Origin: Octopus bimaculoides
Taxonomy: Eukaryota
DNA: 64,000 nt
Direction: 5' to 3'
NCBI RefSeq assembly: GCF_001194135.2
Contig: NC_068986.1
Location: 4,107,554 to 4,171,553, forward strand
The notes beneath the pieces are model-generated. The model had not been told where the DNA came from, did no database searches, and was given only the letters and a program-made list of their open reading frames with translations. A program made the translations under genes and the position numbers. Within the stretch, counting starts at the first letter, position 1, and the number at the start of each line of letters is the position of its first letter. Shown here piece by piece: positions 48,370 to 62,224 of the stretch.

Positions 48370-48835
48370 CATCATCATCATCATCATCGTTTAACGTCCG
48401 CTTTCCATGCTAGCATGGGTTGGACGATTTGACTGAGGACTGGCGAACCAGATGGCTACACCAGGCTACAATCTGATTTGGCAGAGTTTCTACAGCTGGA
48501 TGCCCTTCTTAATGCCAACCACTCCGAGAGTGTAGTGGTTGCTTTTACGTGCCACCAACACGGAGGCCAGTCAGGCGGTACTGGCAACGGCCACACTCGA
48601 AATGGTGTATTTTACATGCCACCTGCGCAGGAGCAAGTCCAGCGGCACTGTCAATGACCTCGCTTGAATGTTTTTTCATGTGCCACCGGCACAAGTGCCA
48701 GTAAGGCGATGCTGGTAACGATCATGCTCAAATGGTGCTATTTACGTACCACTGGCACGGAAGCCAGACAGCTGCTCTGGCAATGATCACACTCGGACAG
48801 TGCTCTTAGCACTCCACTGGTACAGGTTTCGAAAT
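48370..48835 (-). mobile_element. SINE/RTE-associated repeat with tandem gtgccac..ggcac subunits
   Basis: (CAT)n-cgtttaacgtccgctttccatgctagc..ggatgcccttcttaatgccaaccactcc. Confidence 0.85.
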
Positions 48836-50499
48836 CACTTGCCCCAGAAAGTAAGAAATGAATGCGTAGGTGGGTTTTACAAGCCTCCTTCTTCTTTTTC
48901 AAATTTGACACAGATCTTGTTGATTATATCTCCTTCTTGAGTTCAAAGAAGAGTTCATTGAGTTAATTTGTGAAACAGAGTGAAATGTAAGATGTGATGA
49001 AACTAGAGATGACACTATGCACTGGCCATTGAGTGTAAACAGTTTCAAAATTGAATTGATCAGGGCTATTATATGCCCCTGGCCAAATCATGCTCTGAGC
49101 CCTATGGTATATATTTATTGATAGCCAGCCACAGTATACATAGATCAGAAATGGGGACCCAAGGCCAATAAGGTCCCAGGTAAATCAATACACTGGCCCC
49201 TGTGGTATATACTTATTGACAGCATGCCTTAACATACAAAGAATTTGAACTCAGAACATAGAGCTGGATGGAATGCCACTAAATGTCTTACCTAGTGTGC
49301 TAACAATTCTGCCAGCCTGCCACTCTGTCTGCATTAATAATTATCAAATAGAAGAGTGGATCTAGTGAAACTTATAATGATGATCTATGTCAGAAATCAG
49401 TGTGTATAAACAGTTTAAAAGTACATCTGAAGAAACTAGTGACATTACTTGCATTATAGCTAGAATGCAGGTATGACTGCGTTGTTAAGGAGTTCATTTT
49501 GCAATTATGTGGTTTGGGGTTCCATCCCACTGGATAGCACCTGGACAACAAGTGTCCCTTAATAACAGCTATGAGTCAACCAAAGCTCTGTGAGTGGAAA
49601 TTGCTAGGCAGAAAGTGTGTGAAGTCCATAGGAAAGACCATTAAAAAAGCATAAAGCAAAGTTACCTTTTCGACTCATTCCAACTCATAAGGGCTGGTTT
49701 CTTGGTTTCATAGCATATATATTCCCCACTTGGATGGGACACCAGTCTGTAATAGGATTACTCATTTTTGTCAGCCAGTCCAGGAATTGAAACCACAATT
49801 TTATGATCAAATGTCCAACACCTGAACCACTAAGCCATGTGCCTCCATTAGGAAAGACCATTCCTGATCTTTGTATTGCAGACTTAATTTTTGCTCAGTT
49901 TAACACCAACAAAAGACCATCAGATGTTTACAGTATAGTCATCTATTGCAAGCGTTCAAGACAAGTCTCCAGTTTGAGGAGAACTCTCTCCTTCCTTTCT
50001 TTTCACCAGTCACACACAGATGGCTTGAAAACAAGGTCATAGGTACTATTCAAAACAATATATATATGTGTGTGTGTGTGTGCATGAGAAAAAGTGTGTG
50101 AGTGTGAGTATGTATATGTATATTTATCACAAACATATACCAGTGAAAAATGCAAACATTGATGAGAGAACAGAGAAGCCTGTGGCTCCAGTGACCGGCA
50201 GACTGCAATTTTATAAGTAACACTGCCGTTGTTCACCAGTTGTGATGATATATAATAATAAGTCACTATGTCTCATACACTTGCATTCCTACCCACCCTG
50301 ACTCCATTGACCAAGGACTAACAACACAATAATGATGATGATAATGATAACTATAATCATATTGAACAAGATGAGGGAAATCTACAGTTATTTGAGCAGC
50401 TAGAAATAGCAGTCAAGCGTCCCTAAAGTCCTTAATTTATGACGAATATATTGGACTATATTCCCCTGATATTCAAACAAAAATATGGAGTAATTAAAA

Positions 50500-50820
50500 C
50501 TAGAACATTTTTGATCATAAGTCTGCTCAGATCATAAATTTTATCATGAGTTTGTGACGGTCACAACTGGAACACTGTTGACCATAAGTCTGCTCAGATC
50601 ATAAGTTATATCTTAAATCTGGGATGGTCAAGGCTGGAACACCTTTGGTTGAAAGTTTGCTCAGATCATAAATTTCATCATTAGTCTGGGATGGTCACAA
50701 CTGGAACACCTTTTGTCATAAGGTTGGTCAGATCATATGTTTTATCATAAATCTTGGATGGTCTCAACTAGAATGCCTCTCAGCATAAGTCTGCTCACAC
50801 TTTTGATCATAAGTTTGCTC
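50500..50820. repeat. 67-bp minisatellite, ~4.5 units
   Basis: ct(g/a)gaac anchor at 50500, 50567, 50634, 50701 and 50768 (period 67). Confidence 0.9.
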
Positions 50821-51419
50821 AAAGAGAATTGACCTTGGGCTAAACAACAATAAAAGCATATACAGATAGCTGTGTTTGTTGTTGTTGTTGTTGTTGTTGC
50901 TGTTATGAATATCATACTGAAGTTGTGTGGATGCTATGACCTTCATTTGTAGAGCTTAATTTCTTGGTTCAAATCATTTCATTTTCAATTCATCAAAAAT
51001 GACACATTAGTTGTCTGTATAAATATATATTCGACATAACAGCATCTTTCCTGCGTGACATATTCACGTTAATGCTTCACTCTGTTCTCTATCGAAGCTA
51101 TTAATCTTGCCACCATGACAAGTTAATATTCATACCTGTTGCTAAAGGAATATATATTAATCTTCTCACATTGTGGAATTTTAAAGAATGATAAAGGATG
51201 ATTAAATGAATGAGAATACTGTTTATAAAATTGCACCAGATTAATAGTATATTAATACTGTGTCTTTTATTGATATGGTGTATGTATATCTATCTATATA
51301 TATATACACATATATATATTGGAAGAAGGAGAGGTTAGTAATGGGAAAACTATCACAGATTTTAGTTATATTCTGTCTTACATTGTTCGTATGTTCGGTC
51401 ACAATGGAAGTAAAGGTCA

Positions 51420-51553
51420 TTAAGTGTGTATGTATGTATTAGTGTGTGACAGTGTGCATATGACTTTATATGTGCATGTCTGTGTATGTGAGTATGTGTG
51501 GACCAGTCTGTTTGTCTGTGTGCATGTGTGTGTGTGTGTGCATGTATGTGTGT

Positions 51554-51593
<40 letters not shown>

Positions 51594-52320
51594 ACTCAAG
51601 CAAGTTTCAGTGTTGTATGTATGTATATGTGTGTGTGCGTGTGTGCATGTGTGTATGCAACCAAGTTTCAGTTTTGTATGCATGTGTGTGTGCGTGTGAA
51701 TGTGTGTTTTTGTGTGTGTGTGCGTGTTTGTGTGTGTGCGTGTGTGTGAGTGCGTGTGTGTGTGTGTGTGTGTGCGCGTGTGTGTGCAAGGAAGTTTCAG
51801 CATTGAATACATGTATGCATGTGTATGCACATGTGTGTGTGTATGTGTGTTGATGGGTGTGTGTGTGTGTGTGTACGTGTGTATGTTGGGGGTGTGGTGT
51901 GGTGTGCGTGTGTGTGTATGGGGAGTGCATGTGTATGTGCATGCAAGTTTCACTGTTGTATGCATATACGTATGTATGTGTGTGTGCGCATGCCAGTCTC
52001 ATTGTCTGTGTGTGTATATACATGCATTATCAGCGTTTTGCATGTGTATGTGTGTGTACCATTTTGTCTGTATGTATTCTCTGTGTGTGCCTGTGTGAGT
52101 GTATGTGTGTGGGCACCTNNNNNNNNNNTACATGCATTATCAGCGTTTTGCATGTGTATGTGTGTGTACCATTTTGTCTGTATGTATTCTCTGTGTGTGC
52201 CTGTGTGAGTGTATGTGTGTGGGCACCTGTGTATGTGTGTGGGCACCTGTGTATGTGTGCATGTCTGTCTGTCTTTGTGTGTCTCTGTCTATCTGTGTGA
52301 GAGTGTGTGTGTATACAAGT
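51420..52320. repeat. Long TG-rich compound microsatellite
   Basis: Directly visible; recurrent aagtttca(g) motif. Confidence 0.9.
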
Positions 52321-52395
52321 TTGTACTACATGTGTATGAGTGCATGGGTTCTATGTGAAATATGTGTTATATGTGTATGGATTATATGTGTAACA

Positions 52396-53345
52396 TAAGT
52401 GCTAAGTATAATGTATAGAAATCTCATGCTATGACAGTTGTAATGTGTAGCAACCACAAATAATTTGAGATGTAATGTGAACAAATTTCTCATAATGTTT
52501 GATACAAGCATAGAAATCTTCAGTAGTGCTAGATATAATGCATACAAATCTTACATAAAGCTAAGTATATATCTAGAAATTTCATACAGTTATATTGTAT
52601 AAACTGCAGAAATCTCACATAGTGCCAGGTATAAATATATGCTGAAATGTTGCATAGTGCTAGGACAATGTGCAGAAATTTCCTATAGTACTGGATATAA
52701 TGTGTAAGAATCTCATAGAGTGCTGGGTATAACATGTCAAAATCTCACAGAATGCAAGACATAATTCATAGATACCTCATGTAGTGCTAGGCATATACAT
52801 AGAAATTTTACATAAGAAGAAGAACACCCAACAAGCTAAGTGAAATCATAGTCATGACAGATACTGGTGTCATGCAACTGGTACATGTACCGGTGGCACG
52901 TAAAAGCATCCATTACACTCTGTGGAGTGGTTGGCATTAGGAAGGGCATCCGGCCATAGAAACCATGCCATATCAGACTGGAGTCTGGTGTAGGCTCTCA
53001 GTTTACCAGCCCTGACCAAACTGTCCAACTCATGCCAGTATGGACAACAGATGTTAAATGATGATGACGACGACGGCGACGATGATGATGACGTTGACGA
53101 TGACAACAACGACGACAACAACGACAATGATGATGAAATGTTTGATACAACATTTAGAAATATCACATAGCACAAGGTATAATGCATAGGATTTCATGTA
53201 GTATTAGGAATAATGTATAGAAATCTCACACAGTGATTGATGTAATGCATAGAAACCTCACATAGAGCTATCTCATAAAGTGTAAGGTGTATAAATTTCG
53301 TGTGTTGTGAGATATGTGTAGAAATCTCCCAGAGTGTTAAGCAAT
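52396..53345. repeat. Degenerate ~32-bp minisatellite interrupted by a SINE (52815-53135)
   Basis: Approximate unit tagtgctaggtataatgtgtagaaatctcaca; anchors at 52524, 52556, 52588, 52620, 52655, 52686 and 52718. Confidence 0.8.
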
Positions 53346-54002
53346 AATGTGTTAAAAGACAAGTAGAATAAAAGTTGCAGAGTACAGAGTGAGAGTTGAA
53401 AAGTAAGAACAGGGAAGACATAAGGGTATTTATCATCATAGGCCAGCCATACAATGTACCTGACTTCTTGCTATCCCATGATATAAGCCTTCTTATCCAG
53501 ATTATGTAAACGAGTTCTTCCTGCCATCATCCTTTTTACACCAGATGAAAACATTTCAGAAGGAAACTGTAGTTTGTGAACAAAAGCATCTATAGTTATA
53601 TGTTTATACTTATCAATGAAATACTGAGTAAAACATGAAATGTTATCACCTACCCATATGCCCACCATCCTTTCTAGTTTCAAGTGGGACCTCACCTGTC
53701 CTCTAAAATTTCTAAATTTTCATGCTTTTAATTAGATTTTTTAAAAATGTGTAAGCTATTCGTGGTGCCCTTAATTTTAGTATCCCAGGCAATTAACTAG
53801 TTTATCTAGTGGATGTAGCACCAGACCCCATCTAGGAATGCTCAAAGCAGTTAATTTAGAAGAGCAAAACTGTTGTTCAGGAAAATGGGAGAAAACAAAC
53901 TTGGTGGATTCTTTGTGATAATAGGCAAGTGTTATTGTTGTTGTCATCGTTGCTACTGTTGTTATTGTTGTTGCTGTTTAGACTCCACCTTAAGTCTAAC
54001 TG

Positions 54003-54390
54003 CGGAGGCGCAATGGCCCAATGGTTAGGGCAGCGGACTCGTGGTCGTAGGATCGCAGTTTCGATTCTCAGTCCAGGCGTTGTGAGTGTTTATTGAGCGA
54101 AAACACCTAAAGCTCCACGAGGCTCCGGCAGGGGATGGTGGCGAACCCTGCTGTACTCTTCCACCACAAATTTCTCTCACTCTTACTTCCTGTTTCTGTT
54201 GTACCTGTAATTCAAAGGGTCAGCCTTGTCACACTGTGTCACGCTGAATATCCCCGAGAACTATGTTAAGGGTACACATGTCTGTGGAGTGCTCAGCCAC
54301 TTGCACGTTAATTTCACGAGCAGGCTGTTCCGTTGATCGGATCAACTGGAACCCTCGACGTCGTAAGCGACAGAGTGCCAACAACAACAA
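54003..54390 (+). mobile_element. SINE family B, full length, young
   Basis: ggaggcgcaatggcccaatggttagggcagcggactcg..gtttcgattctc head; CAA tail; CpGs largely intact. Confidence 0.92.
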
Positions 54391-54629
54391 GTCTAACTGC
54401 AAAAAAAAACAAAAACTATGATCAACGTGTCCAGTCAAAATAATTCCATGATTTCCTCAAGTATTGTGTGTCTAAAACTATATTGTCCACTGTGCCCCTT
54501 CCTTCTCAATATATTAGTATGTAATTTCACAGAGATACACCTTCTGTTTCTAGGAAGATAAAACAACCATGTATGTGCTCCCCCTTTGACTATTATTTAT
54601 TTCTTTATTGCCCACAAGGGGCTAAACAT

Positions 54630-54830
54630 AGAGGGGACAAACAAGGACAGACAAAGGGATTAAGTTGATTACATCAACCCCAGTGCGTAACTGGTACTTA
54701 TTTAATCGACCCTGAAAGGATGAAAGGCAAAGTTAACCTCGGCAGAATTTGAACTCAGAACGCAACAGTACACGAAATACCACTAAGCATTTCACCCAGC
54801 TCACTAATGATTCTGTTAGCTCACCACCCT
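54630..54830 (-). mobile_element. SINE family A, CpG-decayed
   Basis: Same family as 3205-3482 with CpG changed to TpG/CpA at most sites. Confidence 0.85.
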
Positions 54831-55087
54831 TAGATTCTTATTGGTAGTAGCTATGCAGACTTATTATTAACCAAAGGCTTTTGTTTGATGAGGTTAGGAT
54901 TCAAGAAGCTTTTTCTGTTTTTTTCTCGTTGTGTGTTCTACAATGGCTGGTGTTATTTAATCCTAAGTTGGCTCTGAATGAGCAGATCTGTGATACATAA
55001 AAGCTTGACTAAATATCTAGATATGATCCACAATCCTATAACTTGAGATATAGCTTACATCTCAACATAGCTGTGACAATATACAGA

Positions 55088-55126
<39 letters not shown>

Positions 55127-55353
55127 AGAGTTAGCATGATATCTTGAAAGGATTATCTGCAAAAATAAAATGATGCATTAAATAATTTGAAAGTATAATG
55201 GGACTAAAAATGAAATGTCCTCAAATACCCCTCACACCCTGTAGATGTCTTACACTCTCTATATCACCTCTCAGGTGTGTCTATTGATTCTGGTTATGGA
55301 AAGTGGTGAGGAAAGTGGACTCTGTCAGAGTGTAACAGTTGTTTTCTCTTTCA

Positions 55354-55442
<89 letters not shown>

Positions 55443-55472
55443 TCTATGTATATATTGCAACTAGTGTGCATC

Positions 55473-55706
55473 TTAACCCTTTAGCATTCAGATTTCTTTG
55501 TCAAATGTAAAAGTTATTTATTAACATTATTTTGAATTAATCACACATTATCTTGTAGCTTCAAGATTTTAATGGTGTATTTGTATTAATATATTTTTAG
55601 AATGACATTGTAGGATAAGTGTGAGAGGTTGGATCTGGTCATTTTTAACATAGAACTGGTGGAATATTTGGGCCGGATATGGCTGGATTAAATGCTAAAA
55701 GGTTAA
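55473..55706. mobile_element. TTAA-flanked piggyBac-type MITE, copy 1
   Basis: ttaa-ccctttagcatt ... aatgctaaaagg-ttaa. Confidence 0.8.
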
Positions 55707-56009
55707 GGTGACAAATTGGCACACTCCTTAGATTATCAGATACAATGCTCTGTGGTATTTGTTCTAGCTCTCTGTGCAACTTTTGCGTTCCATTCTCTAG
55801 TAGTTTAATAATTGAAGTTAGAATTCCATTGTAGTGGATAAGCGGAATTATTAGAGCATCAGATGGAATTGTCTGGTATTATTTGTTTTAACACCAATGT
55901 TCTTTGTATTCTGATGTCAATGCTTATAATAACATTGTTGCCTTTCCTTTGGAGGAATATTGTTGACAGAAAGAGGAGGGACTGACATGCAAGGGCAACT
56001 GCTAGGCTT

Positions 56010-56510
56010 CAATAAAGAAACAAAAAAGAAAACATTGGGTATTGGCATAGGCTGTTTAGTTAAGAAGCTTACTTTGCAGTTACATGGTTTCATGTTCAGT
56101 CCCACTGTGCAGCACTTTGGACAGTATCTTCTATTAAAGCTCCAGGTCAATCAATGCCTTGTGAGTGAAAACCCATTATATATGCATTCAGGGTTTAGTC
56201 CCACTGTGGCACCTTGGGCAAGTAACTTATAATATAGCTCCAGGCCAATCAAAGCCTTGTAAGTGAATTTGATAGACGGAAACTGGAAGAAGCTTGTTGT
56301 ATGTGTGTGTGTGTGTCTGTGTCTGTGTGTGTTCCTGCACAATCACATGACAGCCAATGTTGGTGTGTTTACATCTTCATAACTTAGCAGTTCAGCAAAT
56401 GAGACCAATAAAATAAGTACTGGACTTACAAAGAATAAGTTCTGGGATCACTTTCTAAAAAATCCTTAAAGGTGGTGCTCCAGCATGGCCACAGTTAAAT
56501 GATTGAAACA
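56010..56510 (+). mobile_element. SINE family C with a duplicated head
   Basis: gttcagtcccactgtgcagcactttgg.. followed by gtttagtcccactgtggcaccttggg..; aataagtactgg..ggtgctccagcatggccacag tail. Confidence 0.8.
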
Positions 56511-56698
56511 AGGAATATATATATATCATCATCATCATCATCATCATCATCATCGTTTAACGTCCGCTTTCCATGCTAGCATGGGTTGGACGATTCGACT
56601 GAGGACTGGTGAAACCGGATGGCTACACCAGGCTCCAATCTGATTGGCAGAGTTTCTACAGCTGGATGCCCTTCCTAACGCCAACCACTCAGAGAGTG

Positions 56699-56789
<91 letters not shown>

Positions 56790-57370
56790 AGAGAGAGAAA
56801 GAAGAGAGAGAGAGAAAGAAGAGAGAAATATGAATGTATGCGTGTGCATGTATGTATGCACAAGCATATGTGTGTGATTATGTTTGTCCCTACTCTACCT
56901 CTTGACGACCAGTGTTAATTTGTTCATGCCCTTGGGACTTTGCAGTTGATCCAAACATTTATAGTAAGTACCAGATTAAAACAAAAAATAAATAAGTACT
57001 GGGGTTGATATTTTTGATTAAAACCCTGCAAGATGGTACCCCAGCACTTGCCATAGCCCAATGAGTTAAACAAGTAAAAAATAGAAGATAAAAGATAAAA
57101 GGAGATATGTACCACTTCTAAAGGAATTACCCTAGTGCTGATTCTTGATCTGACCAGCATGTACATAGAGGGACCTCAAAAGATCTTAGTCTGTTCGTGT
57201 TGTTATTTTTGTGTGCAGCTCAGTGGAACTGTAACGATATAAGATTAACCATTGTGTATTCCAAAATGCTGACATCTCAAGAAAAAAAATAAAAGTCTAT
57301 GTGTGTTTTTAAATGGCTAAAATGTCACACAAATAAAATCACTTAACAGAAGAGGACAACTCTGAAACTA

Positions 57371-57443
<73 letters not shown>

Positions 57444-57636
57444 CCCCTCTCTCTCTCTCTCTCTCATTCTTGTTCTCTGATCTCTCTCATACTTTAAGAC
57501 AGGTGTGATTTGAGAATGATATAACTACAAAAATTATTGACTCTATGGATGCCTCCACCTTGCTCAAACTTTTATAAAGACTGATGCTGTAAGTGTGGAA
57601 TGAAAGTTGAAATGTAATGTGGAATTAGCCTTGGAA

Positions 57637-57816
57637 TTAACCCTTTAATGTTTAAACTAGTCATATCTGACCAAAATATTCTCCCTGTTTTATGTTAAGA
57701 CTGGACAAATCACATTATCAAAATCTCAAAGCTATGAGGTAATGCATGGTTAATTCAACACAATGTGAATATACAAACATTATATATGACAAAGTAATCT
57801 GAATGCTAAAGGGTGA
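57637..57816. mobile_element. TTAA MITE copy 2 (opposite orientation, internally deleted)
   Basis: ttaaccctttaatg ... ctgaatgctaaaggg. Confidence 0.7.
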
Positions 57817-59633
57817 CAAATGACACTCAACTTTTATAACCAATCTGTTTATTCATATCCAACGTTTTTGTTAACTTCTCAGCTATGTTAATCATTGGTA
57901 CATCATGTCATCATAACTGTAAAAATAACTGAATAAATTAATAATATTTTACAATTGAATATTTATACTTTAAAAACAGAACATGGACAATCAGAATTTA
58001 TCGGAATCTTTACAGTAGATAGCTTATGGACGATTCTTATACCTGAAGAGTTATAAAGATTCTTCTAACAAATATTTCTGTTGTGTTAGCAGCAAAAATA
58101 TGTGGGTGGTAAAAGTAGTTGTGGTGGTGGTGGTGGTGGTTGTGGTGGTGGTGATTATACAACTATAATTCCAATTCCACTAAAATGTTTCCAGGAATCT
58201 CTAAAATAGGTGATACAGAATGAATTATGAGCAGCAGTTGATAAGTATCACTCTTGAAGTTAATACAACTAAAAAGAAGATTATGTCAATGTACAAAAAT
58301 TGATATAACTTGAAAAATATACCACTGCATTCTTATTCATTCTTTATCTTTTTTTCCTTTTTTTTTTGTTGATTAATCTGATTGATTATAACCTAAAAGA
58401 AAAAGATTTGTCCAAATTCTGGAGATTTTATTGATTTTTTTAAAGCTAAGTTCTATCTTAAATTATGGTATTTTGTCTAAATATTTGAACAAGTAAATCA
58501 CTGAGGCAGAAACATACAATAGTCTAATGGTTGCTTCACAAACATTAAAATGAAACTACTATTTTAGAATATTTTATAGAGTAGATAATATTGTAAAGAA
58601 CATTGTTTGAGTTAAAGCATAATGCATGTGCTAACGTTTGTTTTAAATGCAGACATTGGTTAGGCTGAAAGAAAAATGGTTTTAATCTCAACATTTTATA
58701 GGAATGGATGTTTCCTCAGTTTTGAATCCACTCTTTTAGTGTGTAAAATAGTTGTTTGTTTCCTTGTTTTTTAATTTTTTTAGTTAGGAAGAAAGGCAGT
58801 TATTGTCACCCTTCACAGAATCTCTGAGACTAGTAGAAAGGAGGGAGAGGAAGATATTTTCAAACCAGTTATCTGACCCAAAGGGATATGGTTCAGTGGA
58901 CTCAGCTAAAAATATCCAAGGTGCCAGCTGTTGCTAAACTATGTGATGGGTAATGTTATAATCCATCATTCAAGTAGAATTTGAACTCAGAACTCATAGA
59001 GTCAGAACAAATGCCATGATGTACCCAGTCCAATAGTCTTACAGTTCCATTTATCCACCACCCTGGTTTAGGACATTTTTAATAGTCCTGAAAAAATATA
59101 AATGTAAAGCTGGTCTTGATGAGATTTGAACTCAGAGAGTAAAGTGTCAGAGTAGATACCACAAAGTAGACAAACTACAAGATTCTAATAACTCTGCCAA
59201 ATCACCAACTGAGCTACTACTTGATGTGTTCTTAGATATATCATTGCTTTAACATTTCTCTCTTGGTAACTGATTAAAAAATTGCTTTCATATCATTTTC
59301 ATTATTTCTTGTTATATGTCTGCATCACAAGAATTTACCATCTAAATGGGAAGAATTTAACATTCTTAAATTCTCAGTTATTTATTTTTTTAATTTTGAG
59401 ATATTTATGTTCTTTAGATTAAAATTGCTCATTAAGAAGATTATATTCATTTAATTTTTCAGCTTATTTTTATTTATCTATTTATTTATTTATTACTCAT
59501 TTATTTGTTTATTGTAGGTTTACTAGTCTCTTTTCCTCATCCTGAATTTCAAGATTGTTGTTAAAATGATGCCCACATTTACCACACAAAGTATATAGAA
59601 CAAACATCATCATCATCGTCGTCATCATTGTTG

Positions 59634-59671
<38 letters not shown>

Positions 59672-59681
59672 NNNNNNNNNN

Positions 59682-59723
<42 letters not shown>

Positions 59724-60077
59724 GTTACTATTATTATTATTATTCATTCATTTTCAACAAGTCAGCAATTTACAAAATAATTAGTCATAATAAAGACAAA
59801 ATTCATTTCAATTAGGTCTAGACTGTATTCAATGTCTGTTATATTTATACATTCAGTACAATGAAATTATTGGGTTATTGACATCACCCAGAAATTCTAC
59901 TAAAAATCTTTCATGCATCTACTGGTTTCACTTTTTATTCAGCAGTTTGTATTTAAAAATATTGATTTTATTAATAACATACAAAGTTGGTATCTGCAGG
60001 AGATAAGACTTAGTTCAGTATTTCTTAAGGGGATTAGTGCTATGGGGAGTGAAAAAGGGACGGACAAATTGCCAGGT

Positions 60078-60305
60078 TTAACCCTTTAGCTTTCAGATTA
60101 TTCTGTTTAATGTAATGTTTGTTTATTCACATTGCTTTCAATTAATCATACATTATCTTGTAGTTTTGAGATTTTGATGATGTATTTGTTTAATTTTAGA
60201 ATGACATTGCAGGGTTATTGTGAGAGGCCTGATCTGGTCAGTTTGAACACAAAACTAGTAGAATATTTGGGCCTGATATAGTCGGTTTGAATGCTAAAAG
60301 GCTAA
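60078..60305. mobile_element. TTAA MITE copy 3
   Basis: Collinear with 55473-55706. Confidence 0.8.
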
Positions 60306-60349
60306 TAAAGTTAAAATGGTTTCCTCATTTTAAAATTTGTCTGCTATCA

Positions 60350-60745
60350 AATGCAGGTGTGGCTGTGTGGTAAGAAGCTTGCTTCCCAACCATATGGTTC
60401 TGGGTTCAGTCCAACTGTATGGCACCTTGGGCAGGTGTCTTCTACCATGGCCTCAGACCAATCAAAGCATTAGTAGATGGAAACTGAAAGAAGCCTGTTG
60501 TATATTTGTGTGTGTGTATGCGTGTGTGTGTGCTTTTATGTTTGCATTTGTCCCCCCATCATTACTTGACAATCAAAGTTGGTGTGTTTATATCTCTGTA
60601 ACTTAGCATTTCAACAAAAGAGACTGATAGAATAAGTACTAGGCTTAAAAAAAAAAGAATTCCTGGAGTCAATTTGTTCAACTAAAACCTTTCGAGGTAG
60701 TGCTCTAGCATGACCACAGTCAAATGATTGAAACAAGTAAAAAAA
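60350..60745 (+). mobile_element. SINE family C
   Basis: ggctgtgtggtaagaagcttgcttcccaaccatatggttctgggttcagtcc head. Confidence 0.88.
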
Positions 60746-61264
60746 TCAAATATAGCAAGAGAAGAATTATATGGATGCTGACTCTGTTTTGTCTTCCTAT
60801 TAATAAAGAAAACAGAAGAAAGCAAAGATTTCACTAAAATGGTGGAGGCTTCTATCTGTTAGTTGTGAGAATCAACAGCTCAGTGTCTTACATCATCTTC
60901 AGTATATAGCTGGTATTGATATTATAGCTGTTTAACTCCTAGTCAGCTCTATTATGGACATTTTATGATCAAAATCTTTTGTGATCATCCTGTCTTTTTG
61001 CATAACAGAGACTACCACACTGACATTGTCCACTGTGTCTTTCTTTTTATTTAAGAAAGGTAGGCATGATTTGTGGCAGATTTAGTTGCTATTTCTAGAA
61101 GACTTTGTAACCATTTTCTTTCTTTTCTTTTTTTTTTTTTGCCTTGTATTTCTGGTACAGGCACAATCGTGGCTGTGTGGTAAGAAGTGTGCTTCCCAGA
61201 CATAAAGTTTTAGGCTCAGCCCCACTGCATGGCACTTTGCACAAGTGTCTTAAAAAAAGTGATG

Positions 61265-61560
61265 GCATATGGCTTAGTGGTTAGGGCATCCAGCTCATGA
61301 TTGTAAAGCTGTGAGTTTGATTCCCAGCAGCGCATTGTGTCCTTGAGTAAGACAGTTTATTTTATGTTGCTCCAGTCCACACAACTGCCAAAAATGAATT
61401 GTACCTGTATTTTAAAGGGCCAGCCTTAATATCTTCTGTGTTACACTGAATCTCCCTGAGAACTAGGTTAAGGGTAGGCATCTCTGAAGAGTGCTCAGCC
61501 ACTTTCATGTTAATTTCATGAGCAAGCTATTCTGTTGATTATCTAGTGAACTTCATTAGC
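61265..61560 (+). mobile_element. SINE (family B-related)
   Basis: ggcttagtggttagggcatcc..tttgattcccagc..gttgctccagtccac..aactaggttaaggg. Confidence 0.75.
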
Positions 61561-62224
61561 TTACAGTTGTTTCTGCTATATGATGTGGTGGACTCATAGT
61601 TGAGTGCCTGAATAACACCTTACAGTTTCTTCAGATCCTCACTCAAACATGAAGTGCAATTTATTTGGGAAAACAAATACATTTAAGCATCCATACAAGA
61701 AGGTATTACCAACAAGAAAACAAATATGTGGGGGATGAAATCCAGGGATCCTCCCACAATTAGAATAAGATTAATTCTAAGATGTGTATAATGATGGGTA
61801 TAAGCAGATATAGAGAAAGAATGAATAGAACTATCAGTACTAATATATACTCACACACACACATACATACATACACACACATATCAATATACATCAACAT
61901 CCACCTAAATATCAATCCATGGACCAGGTGACATGTTGTATTCTTGAGCAAAACACTTCATTTCACATTGATCCAGTCCATTCAGCTAGCAAAAATTATT
62001 AATCCTGTGATGAACTGGCGTCTCAGCCAAATGGGGAATATATACACCATGAAAACCAGGGAACTGGCCCTATGAATCTATATGACTCAAGAAGGGACTT
62101 TACGTTTTACTGTACCATGGACCACAATTAGGTCGTCTGCATTTTTTAACTGTTGGTATCAATACATATGATACCAACAGTTAAAAAATGCTGACAACCA
62201 AATTGTGGTACATGCCCATACGTA

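Noticed and set aside
51590-51965. CRISPR-like repeat-spacer appearance
   Set aside because: Spacers are TG microsatellite, repeats are degenerate, there are no cas genes and the context is eukaryotic
52020-52230. ~100-bp exact duplication around a 10-N gap
   Set aside because: Assembly artefact of the same kind
50145-58046. Several short candidate minus-strand exons (~58046-57973, ~53.5 kb, ~50207-50145)
   Set aside because: Splice phases do not chain consistently and the peptides are unrecognisable; ORFs this short are expected by chance
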